A DNA stretch of 41,302 bases, taken from assembly GCA_043815885.1 (NCBI GenBank), contig JBDRIL010000061.1, forward strand, positions 1 to 41,302, given 5' to 3'. The notes under the pieces were generated by a model. The model was not told where the DNA came from. It did no database searches and saw nothing but the letters and a program-made list of their open reading frames with translations. Shown piece by piece: positions 9,813 through 18,262 of the stretch. Numbering within the stretch: position 1 is the first letter of the stretch; every line of letters begins with the position of its first letter. The position numbers and the translations under genes are program-made. Source of the stretch: an archaeon. Its GTDB lineage: Archaea > Iainarchaeota > Iainarchaeia > Iainarchaeales > 1-14-0-10-31-34.

Positions 9813-10604
9813 ATGTTTGATTTATTCGAGAAAATGGCTGAAAGCAATGAAACAACTCCGACCTCTACTTCCTCTGCCCCAGGCAATGTATTCGTGGTTT
9901 CAATTGGTGGTTCAATTCTTGTAAAGGATAAAATTAATTCCACTTTGATTGCAAAGATAGCTGAATCAATAAATAATCTAAGAAGAGAAGGATACAAATT
10001 CGTGGTAGTAGTGGGAGGGGGAAAGACCGCCAGAGACTATATTGCTGCAGCAAGAACCTTAGGAACAGAAAACAATTATTTATTGGATAAAATTGCAATT
10101 AATGTCACCCGCCTGAATGCCTCTATCTTGATTCATTCAATTGATGACTCTCATCCTGAGGTACTCACTAGAATTGATGACGCAAAAAAGATTTTGGAGG
10201 AAGGTAAGGTTCCAGTTTACGGCGGTTTAGTTCCTGGATTTACAACTGACACTGTTTCAGCATTACTCTCTGAATTCCTTGAAGGAACTTTTGTTAACCT
10301 CACAAACCAAGAAGGAATTTATACTGCAGACCCTGCTACAACCAAGAGAGCCACCTTAATCGAAAAAATGGACCACAAAAGACTCCTCAGAATAATTCAA
10401 AGAATTGACTCCAGAAACCCTGGCGAGAATGTAATTCTTGACTCCATCACCTGCATGCTATTAAACAGAAGCAGCATAAGGTCAATCGTCCTAAGCGTAG
10501 ACGATCTGGCGAACTTTGAAAACGCTGTCAGAGGTAATGAATTCAAAGGCACCCTCATCGAAACCCTTACCACAGAAACAGAAGACGACATCGAAAGCAT
10601 CTGA
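9813..10604 (+). CDS. pyrH: UMP kinase (archaeal type)
   Basis: VVSIGGS, VVVGGGKTARDYI, PGFTTDTVSA, GIYTADP, GTLI motifs; first ATG at 9813. Confidence 0.9.
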   Translation: MFDLFEKMAESNETTPTSTSSAPGNVFVVSIGGSILVKDKINSTLIAKIAESINNLRREGYKFVVVVGGGKTARDYIAAARTLGTENNYLLDKIAINVTRLNASILIHSIDDSHPEVLTRIDDAKKILEEGKVPVYGGLVPGFTTDTVSALLSEFLEGTFVNLTNQEGIYTADPATTKRATLIEKMDHKRLLRIIQRIDSRNPGENVILDSITCMLLNRSSIRSIVLSVDDLANFENAVRGNEFKGTLIETLTTETEDDIESI

Positions 10605-10609
10605 AAAAT

Positions 10610-11572
10610 CTATCCCAAAACAAGCCCTAATTCCTTTACACTGATTATTGGTTTGCTGAAGGATTCCTGATCCTCAGTTATCCTTGGGCAGGCAGTATTA
10701 ACCAGGCAATCCACTTTCACTCCCATTAAATACTCTTCTTTAACTGTATCCATTGCGAGAAGGAATGCCTTCTTTCCTTTTCCCTCAATTTCCTTTTTTG
10801 CCTTCAAGGCAATTCCTTTATTCAGTTGCCCTTTCTTTGTACTCAAAATTATTCCAAAAATTTCAGCATTCTTTGCTCTAGCAATTACCCCAAACCTCTT
10901 TCTTTCAAACCTTTCCTTTTTTTCCTTCATTTCCTTTATCTCTAAATTCAATGGATTAAATGAAATAACCTCTTTTTCAGTATTAAAAGCAATCCCAAGA
11001 GGATGAAATGCTCCATCCCCAATAAACACTGTCGCCTTCACTTTTCCTTCTACTTCCCTTACAGCAGAATAATTGCATCCCAAAACTACTCCGTCCCTTG
11101 CAATCCTTTTATCCCCTTTTCCAACAAAAACAGAAAAATTATTTTTCTCTAACTCCTTTTTTATTTTTTTTAAGGTATTTGAAAATTGAATTGTTGAAGC
11201 TAAAGCAATTTTATCCCATTTTTTGTTTTTTAAAAAATCAATTAATTTCTTTACTCCCTCTCTTAACTCATTTTCATCAATTCTATACTCCAGTGGAACA
11301 TAAACTGTCTTCACTCCTGAATCCAGGAATTTCTCATGACCAAAATGGATAATTAAATCAGCTTCAAGCAGTTTGGCTTCTTCTTCAGCCAAATCACACG
11401 CTCCAAAACAAGGGTCCAACAATACAATTACTTCTGTATTGCTCTTCTTCTTTATTTCTTCAATTAATTCTGTTGTTCTCTGTTTTAATCCTTCTGGAAA
11501 CTGTAAAAGAATCAGTTTAGGTTTAACTCTATTTATTTCTTCAAATGCCTTCTTTAAATTGAATTCAAGCAT
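10610..11572 (-). CDS. dph2: 2-(3-amino-3-carboxypropyl)histidine synthase (diphthamide biosynthesis)
   Basis: LQFPEGLK, GACDL, HFGH, VLGC, GAFHP, STKKGQ, TACPRI: the three Fe-S cysteines are present. Confidence 0.95.
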   Translation of the reverse strand: MLEFNLKKAFEEINRVKPKLILLQFPEGLKQRTTELIEEIKKKSNTEVIVLLDPCFGACDLAEEEAKLLEADLIIHFGHEKFLDSGVKTVYVPLEYRIDENELREGVKKLIDFLKNKKWDKIALASTIQFSNTLKKIKKELEKNNFSVFVGKGDKRIARDGVVLGCNYSAVREVEGKVKATVFIGDGAFHPLGIAFNTEKEVISFNPLNLEIKEMKEKKERFERKRFGVIARAKNAEIFGIILSTKKGQLNKGIALKAKKEIEGKGKKAFLLAMDTVKEEYLMGVKVDCLVNTACPRITEDQESFSKPIISVKELGLVLG

Positions 11573-11601
11573 TAAAAAAAGTAGGGTGAAAAGCTTTTTC
11601 T

Positions 11602-13997
11602 TTACTTCTTTTTCCTCATTTTGGCTTCTTTTTTTGCAATAACCAGCTTCATTTTCACTATTGAATCAGGATTCAATGAAATTGAATCAATCCCCTGCCC
11701 AACTAAAAATTCCGCAAATTCAGGGAAATCGCTTGGCGCCTGCCCGCAAATCCCAATCTTTTTTTTCTTCTTTTTTGCTGCCTTTATGGTCATTTCAATT
11801 AATTTCTTTACTGCCTCATTTCTTTCATCGTATATATGTGAAACCAGGCTTGAATCCCTGTCCAAACCCAAAGTCAATTGAGTTAAATCATTCGAACCAA
11901 TAGAAAACCCGTCAAAGATATCAGCAAACTCTTCCGCCAGAAGTGAGTTGGAAGGAATTTCGCACATAACATATACCTCCAATCCATTTCTTCCTTGAAC
12001 CAATCCATTCTTCTTCATTTCTGCTATTGATTTCTTCCCTTCTTCCACTGTCCTGCAGAATGGAATCATTACTGTTACATTAACTAAACCCATTTCCTCT
12101 CTCACTTTCTTTATTGCAGCACACTCTAAAGCAAACCCCTCTCTAAAGGCAGGAGAATAATACCTTGAAGCGCCTCTCCAGCCGATCATTGGGTTTTCTT
12201 CCTTTGGTTCTGAACTCCTCCCCCAACAAGGTTAGCGTATTCGTTGGTTTTGAAATCAGACAGCCTAATGATTACGTCTTTTGGATAAAAGGCAGCAGCA
12301 ATCATAGACACTCCCTCAGCAAGCTTATCAATAAAGAACTGCTTTTTATCCTTATAACCTTTAGTGATTTCCTCAATCTCTTTTTTTACTTTCTTGTCTT
12401 TCAATTTATTGAAATTAATTAATGCAATCGGATGCACTTTAATGTAGGAACTGATAATGAATTCCTCTCTCGCTAACCCTACCCCGTCATTCGGAATAAA
12501 GCTTAACTCAAACACCTTTTCGGGATTGCCTATATTCATCATTATCTTTGTTCTTGTTTTAGCTAATTTCTTTAAATCAGTCCTCCTTATACTGAAATCA
12601 AGCAATCTATCATAAATAATCCCTTCCTTTCCTCCACTGCAATCAACAGTAACATTTCTTCCATTAGGAATGGCTCTCGTTCCATTATTAGTTCCAACAA
12701 CACACGGAATTCCCAGCTCTCTACTTATGATTGCGGAATGGCAGGTGCGGCCGCCTTTATTTGTTACAATTGCTGAAGCAATCTTCATTATTGGTTCCCA
12801 GTCTGGATCAGTGATATCAGTAACCAGTACTTCGCCTTTCCTGAATAAACCTATTTCTTTTGGGCTCTTAATTATATGTGACTTTCCTTTTCCAATCTTT
12901 TCTCCAACGCTAATGCCTCTTGCAAGCACCTTCCCTTTTGCCTTTAAACGATATTCTTCCAGTAAATTCTCGCTCTTCGCTGCCTGAACTGTTTCAGGCC
13001 TTGCCTGAACAATGAATAATTCTCCATTCTTTCCATTCTTTGCCCACTCGATATCCATTGGCTTTCCATAGTGTTCCTCAATAACACAGGCCCATTTTGC
13101 AAGCAAAGTTATTTCTTTATCATTTAAGGAAAATTTTTCCCTATCTTTTTTCCCTACTTCAACTTTCTTTGTCGGTTTAGTGGATTTATTTGAATAAATG
13201 ATTTTTGTTTTCTTTTCTCCAAGAGTCTTCTTCAAAATAGGTTTCTTTCCTTTTTTCAGTGTCGGCTTGAATACAATGAATTCATCTGGGTTAACGCTTC
13301 CCTGAACAACACTTTCTCCCAGCCCCCAGGAAGAATTAATCAGCACCACATTCCTGAAACCAGTTTCAGTATCAATTGAAAACATGACCCCGCTTGAAGC
13401 AAGGTCAGATCTAACCATTTTCTGCACTCCAACAGAAAGATAAACAGAAAAATGACCAAAGCCCTTATCTGTCCTGTAAGAAATGGCCCTGTTTGTGAAA
13501 AGCGAAGCAAAACACTTCTTCACAGCTTTCAGTAATTCTTTCTCTCCCCTTATATTCAGAAAGCTTTCCTGCTGCCCGGCAAAACTCGCTTCAGGCAAGT
13601 CCTCAGCTGTAGCCGAACTCCTTACAGCAACATCTGTATTCTTTCCATATTCTTTCTCCAATTTATTGTATGCATTTACTATCGCTTTCTCTAAGTCGTT
13701 CGGAAGCTTTTCTTTCAGAATCATTGTTCTAACGCTTTGCCCTTTTTTCGTTAAGTCTTTCATTTTATGCGTATTCAATCCCTTTAATTCCTTTTTAGCT
13801 TTATTCCATAAACCAGTTTTATTCATAAAATAATTATAAGAATAAGCAGTTACAGCAAAACCATTAGGAACCTTTATTCCCTTAGAGGAAAGCTTTCTGT
13901 ACATCTCTCCGAGAGATGCATTCTTTCCTCCAACCATTCCTACGTCCTTGATTCCAAGCTGATTAAACCATAGAATGAATTCTTTTTTCTTGCTTAT
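11602..13997 (-). pseudogene. ppsA: Phosphoenolpyruvate synthase, disrupted (frameshift at about 12210-12232; conserved N-terminus lacks a canonical start codon)
   Basis: ORF 12186-13937 carries [56 protein letters not shown]. The -1 frame resumes [17 protein letters not shown]...GSNDLTQ...ICGQ (11602-12210). The repaired gene would be about 798 aa. Could be an assembly error. Confidence 0.85.
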
Positions 13998-14066
13998 TTT
14001 TAGCCCCCCTTCTTTACCACATAAACAAGAATGCTTTTAAAAACCTAATGTTAAAGTTATGAATTT

Positions 14067-15284
14067 TTATGAATTTTTTCCTTTATTCCTCAGCACATAA
14101 ATCAGCCTTTCAATCCTGTTTTTCTCATCCTTATACACTAACGGAACAGCATTCCTTTTTACTTCCTTTAATGGATTAATTATTTCAAAACCATTCTTTC
14201 GGAACACATTTTCGCTTACTGCAAACTTCTTTCCTTTTTTGGATGGAATCACCGGAAAAATAATTGAAACAATCCTTCCTTCCTTCATTAATTTCCTTAA
14301 TTCCCTAAAGAATTTCTCATACATTTCCTCCAATGCCTTAATAGTGCGTCTAGCCTGTTCTTCTGAAGGAAGTTCTTTCATTAAAGGCCCCAAATAAGGT
14401 TCTGTTGCAACTGTATCAAAGTCTCCTTTATTCAATAATTTGCTTAATTGAGTTGCATTTCCATTAATTATTTTCCAGGAATTATTGCAGACATATTTAT
14501 TCGAATACCACCCCAGGTTTTCTCTTGCCTTTTTTGCTGTGGAAGAATCAATCTCCACTCCAATTGTATTCAATCCATTACTCAATGATTCCATTGAAAT
14601 CGTCCCTATCCCGCAGAAAGGATCAAGAACTGTTTCTTTGGCCTTGCACTGAGATAGATTAACCAGTATTTTTCCCAACCTCAAAGAAATTGCTTCCAAG
14701 GACCTTTTATGAGGCCTTCCTTCATCCCTTTTCCTTACCTCGAATGGATTAAAGCACGCAACACTCCTTCCAATAAAATAATTATCCTTAAAGGAATAAA
14801 CCACTAAATCCATTCCCTCTCCAATAAGCCTCCATTTAATTACTTCGGATGGGTTTATCTGTTTGGAGCCTTTCTCTGTTAAAACAAATTTCGGTCTCTT
14901 TAATACTGCTTTTGCCTTCATTTCCTTGAATTTTTTTTTCAGCAGATTTTCAATGAATTCTGGTTTTTCTCTTTCTCCAGTAAAATAATTTATTCCGTAA
15001 AAGAATTTCCTCGGGAAGAAGATTGAATCAATTTTTTTCTCAATAGCGTTTTCCATTTCTTTTTTTCCAGTGCCTTCAAAGAACACTTCAGCAATCTTTA
15101 CAGTTCCTCCCAATTCCCTTATCACTCTAAGCAAATCAATCTCTTCACTTCCCTCCACCAGTGCAACATCTTCATTGAAGTTAATTAACCTGTATTTGAA
15201 GTTCCTTGCCTTAAAATAAGAAATTAATTCAGCTAAAGAAAGCAGGTAGTCTCTTCCCAATACAAATAAGTACTTATTATTCAT
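14067..15284 (-). CDS. THUMP-like + class I SAM methyltransferase, Trm11/TrmG10-like tRNA methyltransferase
   Basis: LGGTVKI, RDEGRP, LGKILVNLS, LDPFCGIGTI (motif I), ATEPYLG (motif IV-like). Confidence 0.75.
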   Translation of the reverse strand: MNNKYLFVLGRDYLLSLAELISYFKARNFKYRLINFNEDVALVEGSEEIDLLRVIRELGGTVKIAEVFFEGTGKKEMENAIEKKIDSIFFPRKFFYGINYFTGEREKPEFIENLLKKKFKEMKAKAVLKRPKFVLTEKGSKQINPSEVIKWRLIGEGMDLVVYSFKDNYFIGRSVACFNPFEVRKRDEGRPHKRSLEAISLRLGKILVNLSQCKAKETVLDPFCGIGTISMESLSNGLNTIGVEIDSSTAKKARENLGWYSNKYVCNNSWKIINGNATQLSKLLNKGDFDTVATEPYLGPLMKELPSEEQARRTIKALEEMYEKFFRELRKLMKEGRIVSIIFPVIPSKKGKKFAVSENVFRKNGFEIINPLKEVKRNAVPLVYKDEKNRIERLIYVLRNKGKNS

Positions 15285-15323
15285 TTCAATTAAAATAGAA
15301 AAAGAAAAAATAGTTAAAACGAA

Positions 15324-16055
15324 TCACTTTTCTCCGCTTAATTTTTCCTTTAGTTTTTCTTTCTGCAGTTCCTTCTTTAATTCTGCTTTCTTGTCTGTCT
15401 TGCTTTCCTTCTTTTCTTCTCCCTCTTTTCCTTCCACTTTCTTTTCTTCTTCTTTTGTCTCTTCTTCCGCTTCCTCTTTCTTCTCTGCCTCAACTACCTT
15501 TATCTTTCTTGGCTTTGTTCCAATTAATTTAACGTCAGTTCCTATATTCACATGAACCTTTGATGTAAGCTTTGGTTTAGCCTTCATTAATGCCTTTTTT
15601 GCTGCCTCAATATGTTCTTCATCCACCAAAATACTTACAATCTTCTGTCCTTTCCTTACCCTTGCTGCTCTCCCAATGGGTTTTCCATACGGATGACTCA
15701 TTCCCTTCGTCACCCTATCTGCTCCTGCGCCTTGAGCCTGCTTGTTTTCCCTTAAAATCTGATAGGGATAGATTCGAACCTTCATGAAGAAACCGTCTTT
15801 TCCAGCGATCTTAACGATTTCCCTGTTTATAGCCACTCTTATTGCTTCAATGGAATTATCCCTTAATTGAACGTCTTCATCCACAACCAAGTCAAGTATA
15901 TGAGTGAATTCCTTTATCGGGTTACCCATATTGAACTGCCTTGTTCTAACGAATGGCGTTGAACCAATATAATTCTTTTTATGGACTGTAACTGCAACCC
16001 TGCTGAAGGCTCTCTTTTTCCTGCTCCTATAACATCTTCCCGGCCTTAAACCCAT
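15324..16055 (-). CDS. rpl10e: 50S ribosomal protein L10e (uL16) with a charged C-terminal extension
   Basis: MGLRPGRCYR, QLRDNSIEAIR, YPYQILRENK, AGADRVTKGMSHPYGKPIGRAARV. Confidence 0.95.
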   Translation of the reverse strand: MGLRPGRCYRSRKKRAFSRVAVTVHKKNYIGSTPFVRTRQFNMGNPIKEFTHILDLVVDEDVQLRDNSIEAIRVAINREIVKIAGKDGFFMKVRIYPYQILRENKQAQGAGADRVTKGMSHPYGKPIGRAARVRKGQKIVSILVDEEHIEAAKKALMKAKPKLTSKVHVNIGTDVKLIGTKPRKIKVVEAEKKEEAEEETKEEEKKVEGKEGEEKKESKTDKKAELKKELQKEKLKEKLSGEK

Positions 16056-16175
16056 AAAAATACACCAATACTTTTATACAAAAAAGAAAAAGGCTTTAAC
16101 CTTAAATAGTATTTTACTGTAATTCTTTATAATACTTTTCTTTCACTGGTTTTATAAAAATAAAGGAGTTTTTTT

Positions 16176-16409
16176 ATGAATGTGACAATCTATTCCACTA
16201 GAACCTGCCCTTACTGTGTAATGGCAAAACAGTTCTTCAAGGAAAAAGGAATTGAATTCAAGGACTATGATGTGAGTGAAGACCACTCAAAGGCAAAGGA
16301 AATGATGGATAAGACCGGGCAAATGGGAGTCCCAGTAATAGACATCAACGGAAAGGTAATTGTCGGCTTCGACAAACCAAAGATTGAAGCCTTACTGAAT
16401 CTAAAATAA
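16176..16409 (+). CDS. Glutaredoxin/NrdH-like protein (YruB type)
   Basis: YSTRTCPYC, GQMGVPVIDING, VGFD; SD AGGAG. Confidence 0.9.
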   Translation: MNVTIYSTRTCPYCVMAKQFFKEKGIEFKDYDVSEDHSKAKEMMDKTGQMGVPVIDINGKVIVGFDKPKIEALLNLK

Positions 16410-16509
16410 AGCCATTTTTCCATTGTTTAGAAAACAACCCAGATAATTATTTTTCCTTTCGGATTTTAAACCAGATAAAATTAAATATTTCGGCTGCAGC
16501 AATATTACT

Positions 16510-16583
16510 GTGCTGGAAGGGCTATCTAAAAAAAGGCTTCTTCGGAAGTTCGATTTTAGACTTCGATTCCGGCACGCTTTTTT
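16510..16583 (+). ncRNA. Candidate ~66-nt stem-loop small RNA with C(UUCG)G tetraloop
   Basis: Nested stems GTGCTGGAA/TTCCGGCAC, TCTAAAA/TTTTAGA and GGCTTC-TTCG-GAAGTT with G-U pairs on the + strand; upstream TTAAATA (16481-16487) and downstream T6. Confidence 0.45.
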
Positions 16584-16717
16584 CTGATTCTATTCAATTT
16601 CCTTTAAATTATTTCCCTTAAATAAATCTTATCATCTGTTTTCCGAGCTTTAGCGAGGAAATCCTATTACCGAACGAAAGTGAGGCAATAGTATAAAGCG
16701 TCAACCGATTTTCGGTT

Positions 16718-16889
16718 GCTGGGGTGGCAGAGAGGCTATGCATCCGCCTGCAGATCAGAACCTGCCCGCTTTTAAAAAAAGCAGGCGCGCAAAATGGGTT
16801 CCGATACCTTTTCCTCACGAGAGAAGGTGTTTTTCTAAAGAAAACGGGCCGTGAGCGGAAGATCGAGGGTTCGATTCCCTCCCTCAGCT
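16718..16889 (+). tRNA. tRNA-Cys(GCA) with a 100-nt intron at the canonical 37/38 position (intron 16754-16853)
   Basis: Acceptor GCTGGGG/CCTCAGC, discriminator U (16889), anticodon stem TCCGC/GCGGA, loop CT-GCA-G|A, T-arm GAGGG-TTCGATT-CCCTC; no encoded CCA; T-rich terminator follows. Confidence 0.93.
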
Positions 16890-16988
16890 TTTTCTTTTTT
16901 TACTGTTTTTTCCGCCTGAAAACAGAAAGAATTAAAAAGGTGGATTGATTACTAATAGTAACTGAATTAATTTGGAGGGAAGAATAAG

Positions 16989-17174
16989 ATGATGGCTAAC
17001 ATTAAGTTCGGCGGAATAATCTTTGGAGTACTGATGATCATTCTAGGGTTTGCCTGGCTGTTTGATTCATTTGGATACTTTTATCCAAACAGTTATCCTT
17101 GGGCACAGCTCATAGTGGTATGGATTGGCTTAGGCGCACTGGGATTCAGTTTCTCAAAAAAGTTTTGCCCATAG
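16989..17174 (+). CDS. Small two-TM membrane protein
   Basis: 61 aa with two hydrophobic helices; SD GGAGG upstream. Confidence 0.65.
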   Translation: MMANIKFGGIIFGVLMIILGFAWLFDSFGYFYPNSYPWAQLIVVWIGLGALGFSFSKKFCP

Positions 17175-17241
17175 ATGACAATCAATTTTTTTCAATAAAT
17201 AACAATATTCCTATAAATTTCTCTTCCCCATATTTATTTAT

Positions 17242-18138
17242 ATGGGGGAAATTCTTTTACTTTTAAGGCCTGCATCAGAGATCTCTCTAAAGAGTTATTT
17301 CGTTAAAACCTTTTTTCTGAAAAAACTCCTTAACTCCATTAAAACCACGGCAAAACATAACAGCCTGAAGATAAAAGTCCTGAAAAGAACTCCCGGAATG
17401 ATCTTAATTCAAAGTCCCGACCCAAAAAAAGCAGTTAAATTGCTTAAGAGGATTTTTGGAATTGCCTCTGTCTCAGTAGCTGAAAAAACCAATGCCAAAA
17501 ACATGGAAGAAATAAAGAACCTTGTTTTGGTTTACGCTAAAAAAGAATTAGGAAAAGGAGATTCCTTTGCTTTAAGGGTAAACAGATTAGGAGAACATGA
17601 ATTCACTTCTCAAGAAATTGCAGTTGAATGCGGCAATGAAATAATGCAGAAGATGAATGGATTAAGGGTTGACTTAAAGAACCCGAAAAAAGAGTTATTC
17701 ATTGAATTAAACAAGGAACAATTATTCCTTTATTCAGGGAAATTGCCTGGAGCAAAAGGCCTTCCATTGGGGGTGGAAGGAAGAGTTGGAGTAATAATGA
17801 ATGGAGAAAGAAATGAATTGATTGCTTCCTGGTTAATGATGAAGCGCGGCTGCAACATCTTTCCTATAGTAAATAAAATGAATAAAAAAATCAAGGAAAA
17901 CCTTGAAATCCTGAAGAAATGGAATTCATTCCGGGACTTCAAACCAATTCCTTTCAATGAATTAAAAAACCAGAGAGAGTTCCTTGAAGCAATAGTATTA
18001 AGCAAAGAAAAAGTGAATGAAAAAAACCTTCAGGAAATAAATTCTTTAAGTAAAAAAACCTCTTTCCCGGTATTTGTTCCCTTAATGCTTTACCCAAAGG
18101 AATTCATAAAAGAACAATTAAAGCAGATTAAAGAATGA
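17242..18138 (+). CDS. ThiI-like THUMP-domain protein with a degenerate, truncated adenylation domain
   Basis: SEISLKS, IFGIASVS, SFALRVNRLGEHEFTSQEIA, VDLKNP, GAKGLPLGVEGR and WLMMKRG match ThiI, but SGGxDS is replaced by NGERNE. Confidence 0.75.
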   Translation: MGEILLLLRPASEISLKSYFVKTFFLKKLLNSIKTTAKHNSLKIKVLKRTPGMILIQSPDPKKAVKLLKRIFGIASVSVAEKTNAKNMEEIKNLVLVYAKKELGKGDSFALRVNRLGEHEFTSQEIAVECGNEIMQKMNGLRVDLKNPKKELFIELNKEQLFLYSGKLPGAKGLPLGVEGRVGVIMNGERNELIASWLMMKRGCNIFPIVNKMNKKIKENLEILKKWNSFRDFKPIPFNELKNQREFLEAIVLSKEKVNEKNLQEINSLSKKTSFPVFVPLMLYPKEFIKEQLKQIKE

Positions 18139-18144
18139 ATTTAA

Positions 18145-18234
18145 TATCAAAGGACAAAAATATAGAAACAAAATTTGTCCTTTGATAGCTATCAAAAGAC
18201 ATTAAAAAAGTTTCATAATTAATGTCTTTTGATA
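18145..18234. repeat. Two tandem inverted repeats built from a TATCAAA(A/G)GACA unit
   Basis: TATCAAAGGACAAA/TTTGTCCTTTGATA (18145-18187) and TATCAAAAGACATTAA/TTAATGTCTTTTGATA (18190-18234). Confidence 0.9.
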
Positions 18235-18262
18235 TAAAGTAATTTGGGGGAGAGTTATTTTT

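Noticed and set aside
16510..16575. Split or intron-containing tRNA half (GCTGG...TTCGATT-CCGGC resembles a T-arm)
   Set aside because: No D-arm, anticodon arm or acceptor strand can be built, and no BHB motif is evident.
16640..16702. Possible 5S rRNA before tRNA-Cys (TAGCGAGG..CCTATTACCGAAC..AAGTGAGG echoes 5S motifs)
   Set aside because: Too short, no helix I closure, no helix III or 3' domain; better explained by two local hairpins.
16618..16948. ORFs 16618-16818 (-) and 16724-16948 (+)
   Set aside because: They overlap the tRNA-Cys gene and have no protein-like features.
18145..18234. Mini CRISPR array
   Set aside because: The units are inverted with 13-15 nt spacers, there are only two, and no cas genes are in the window.
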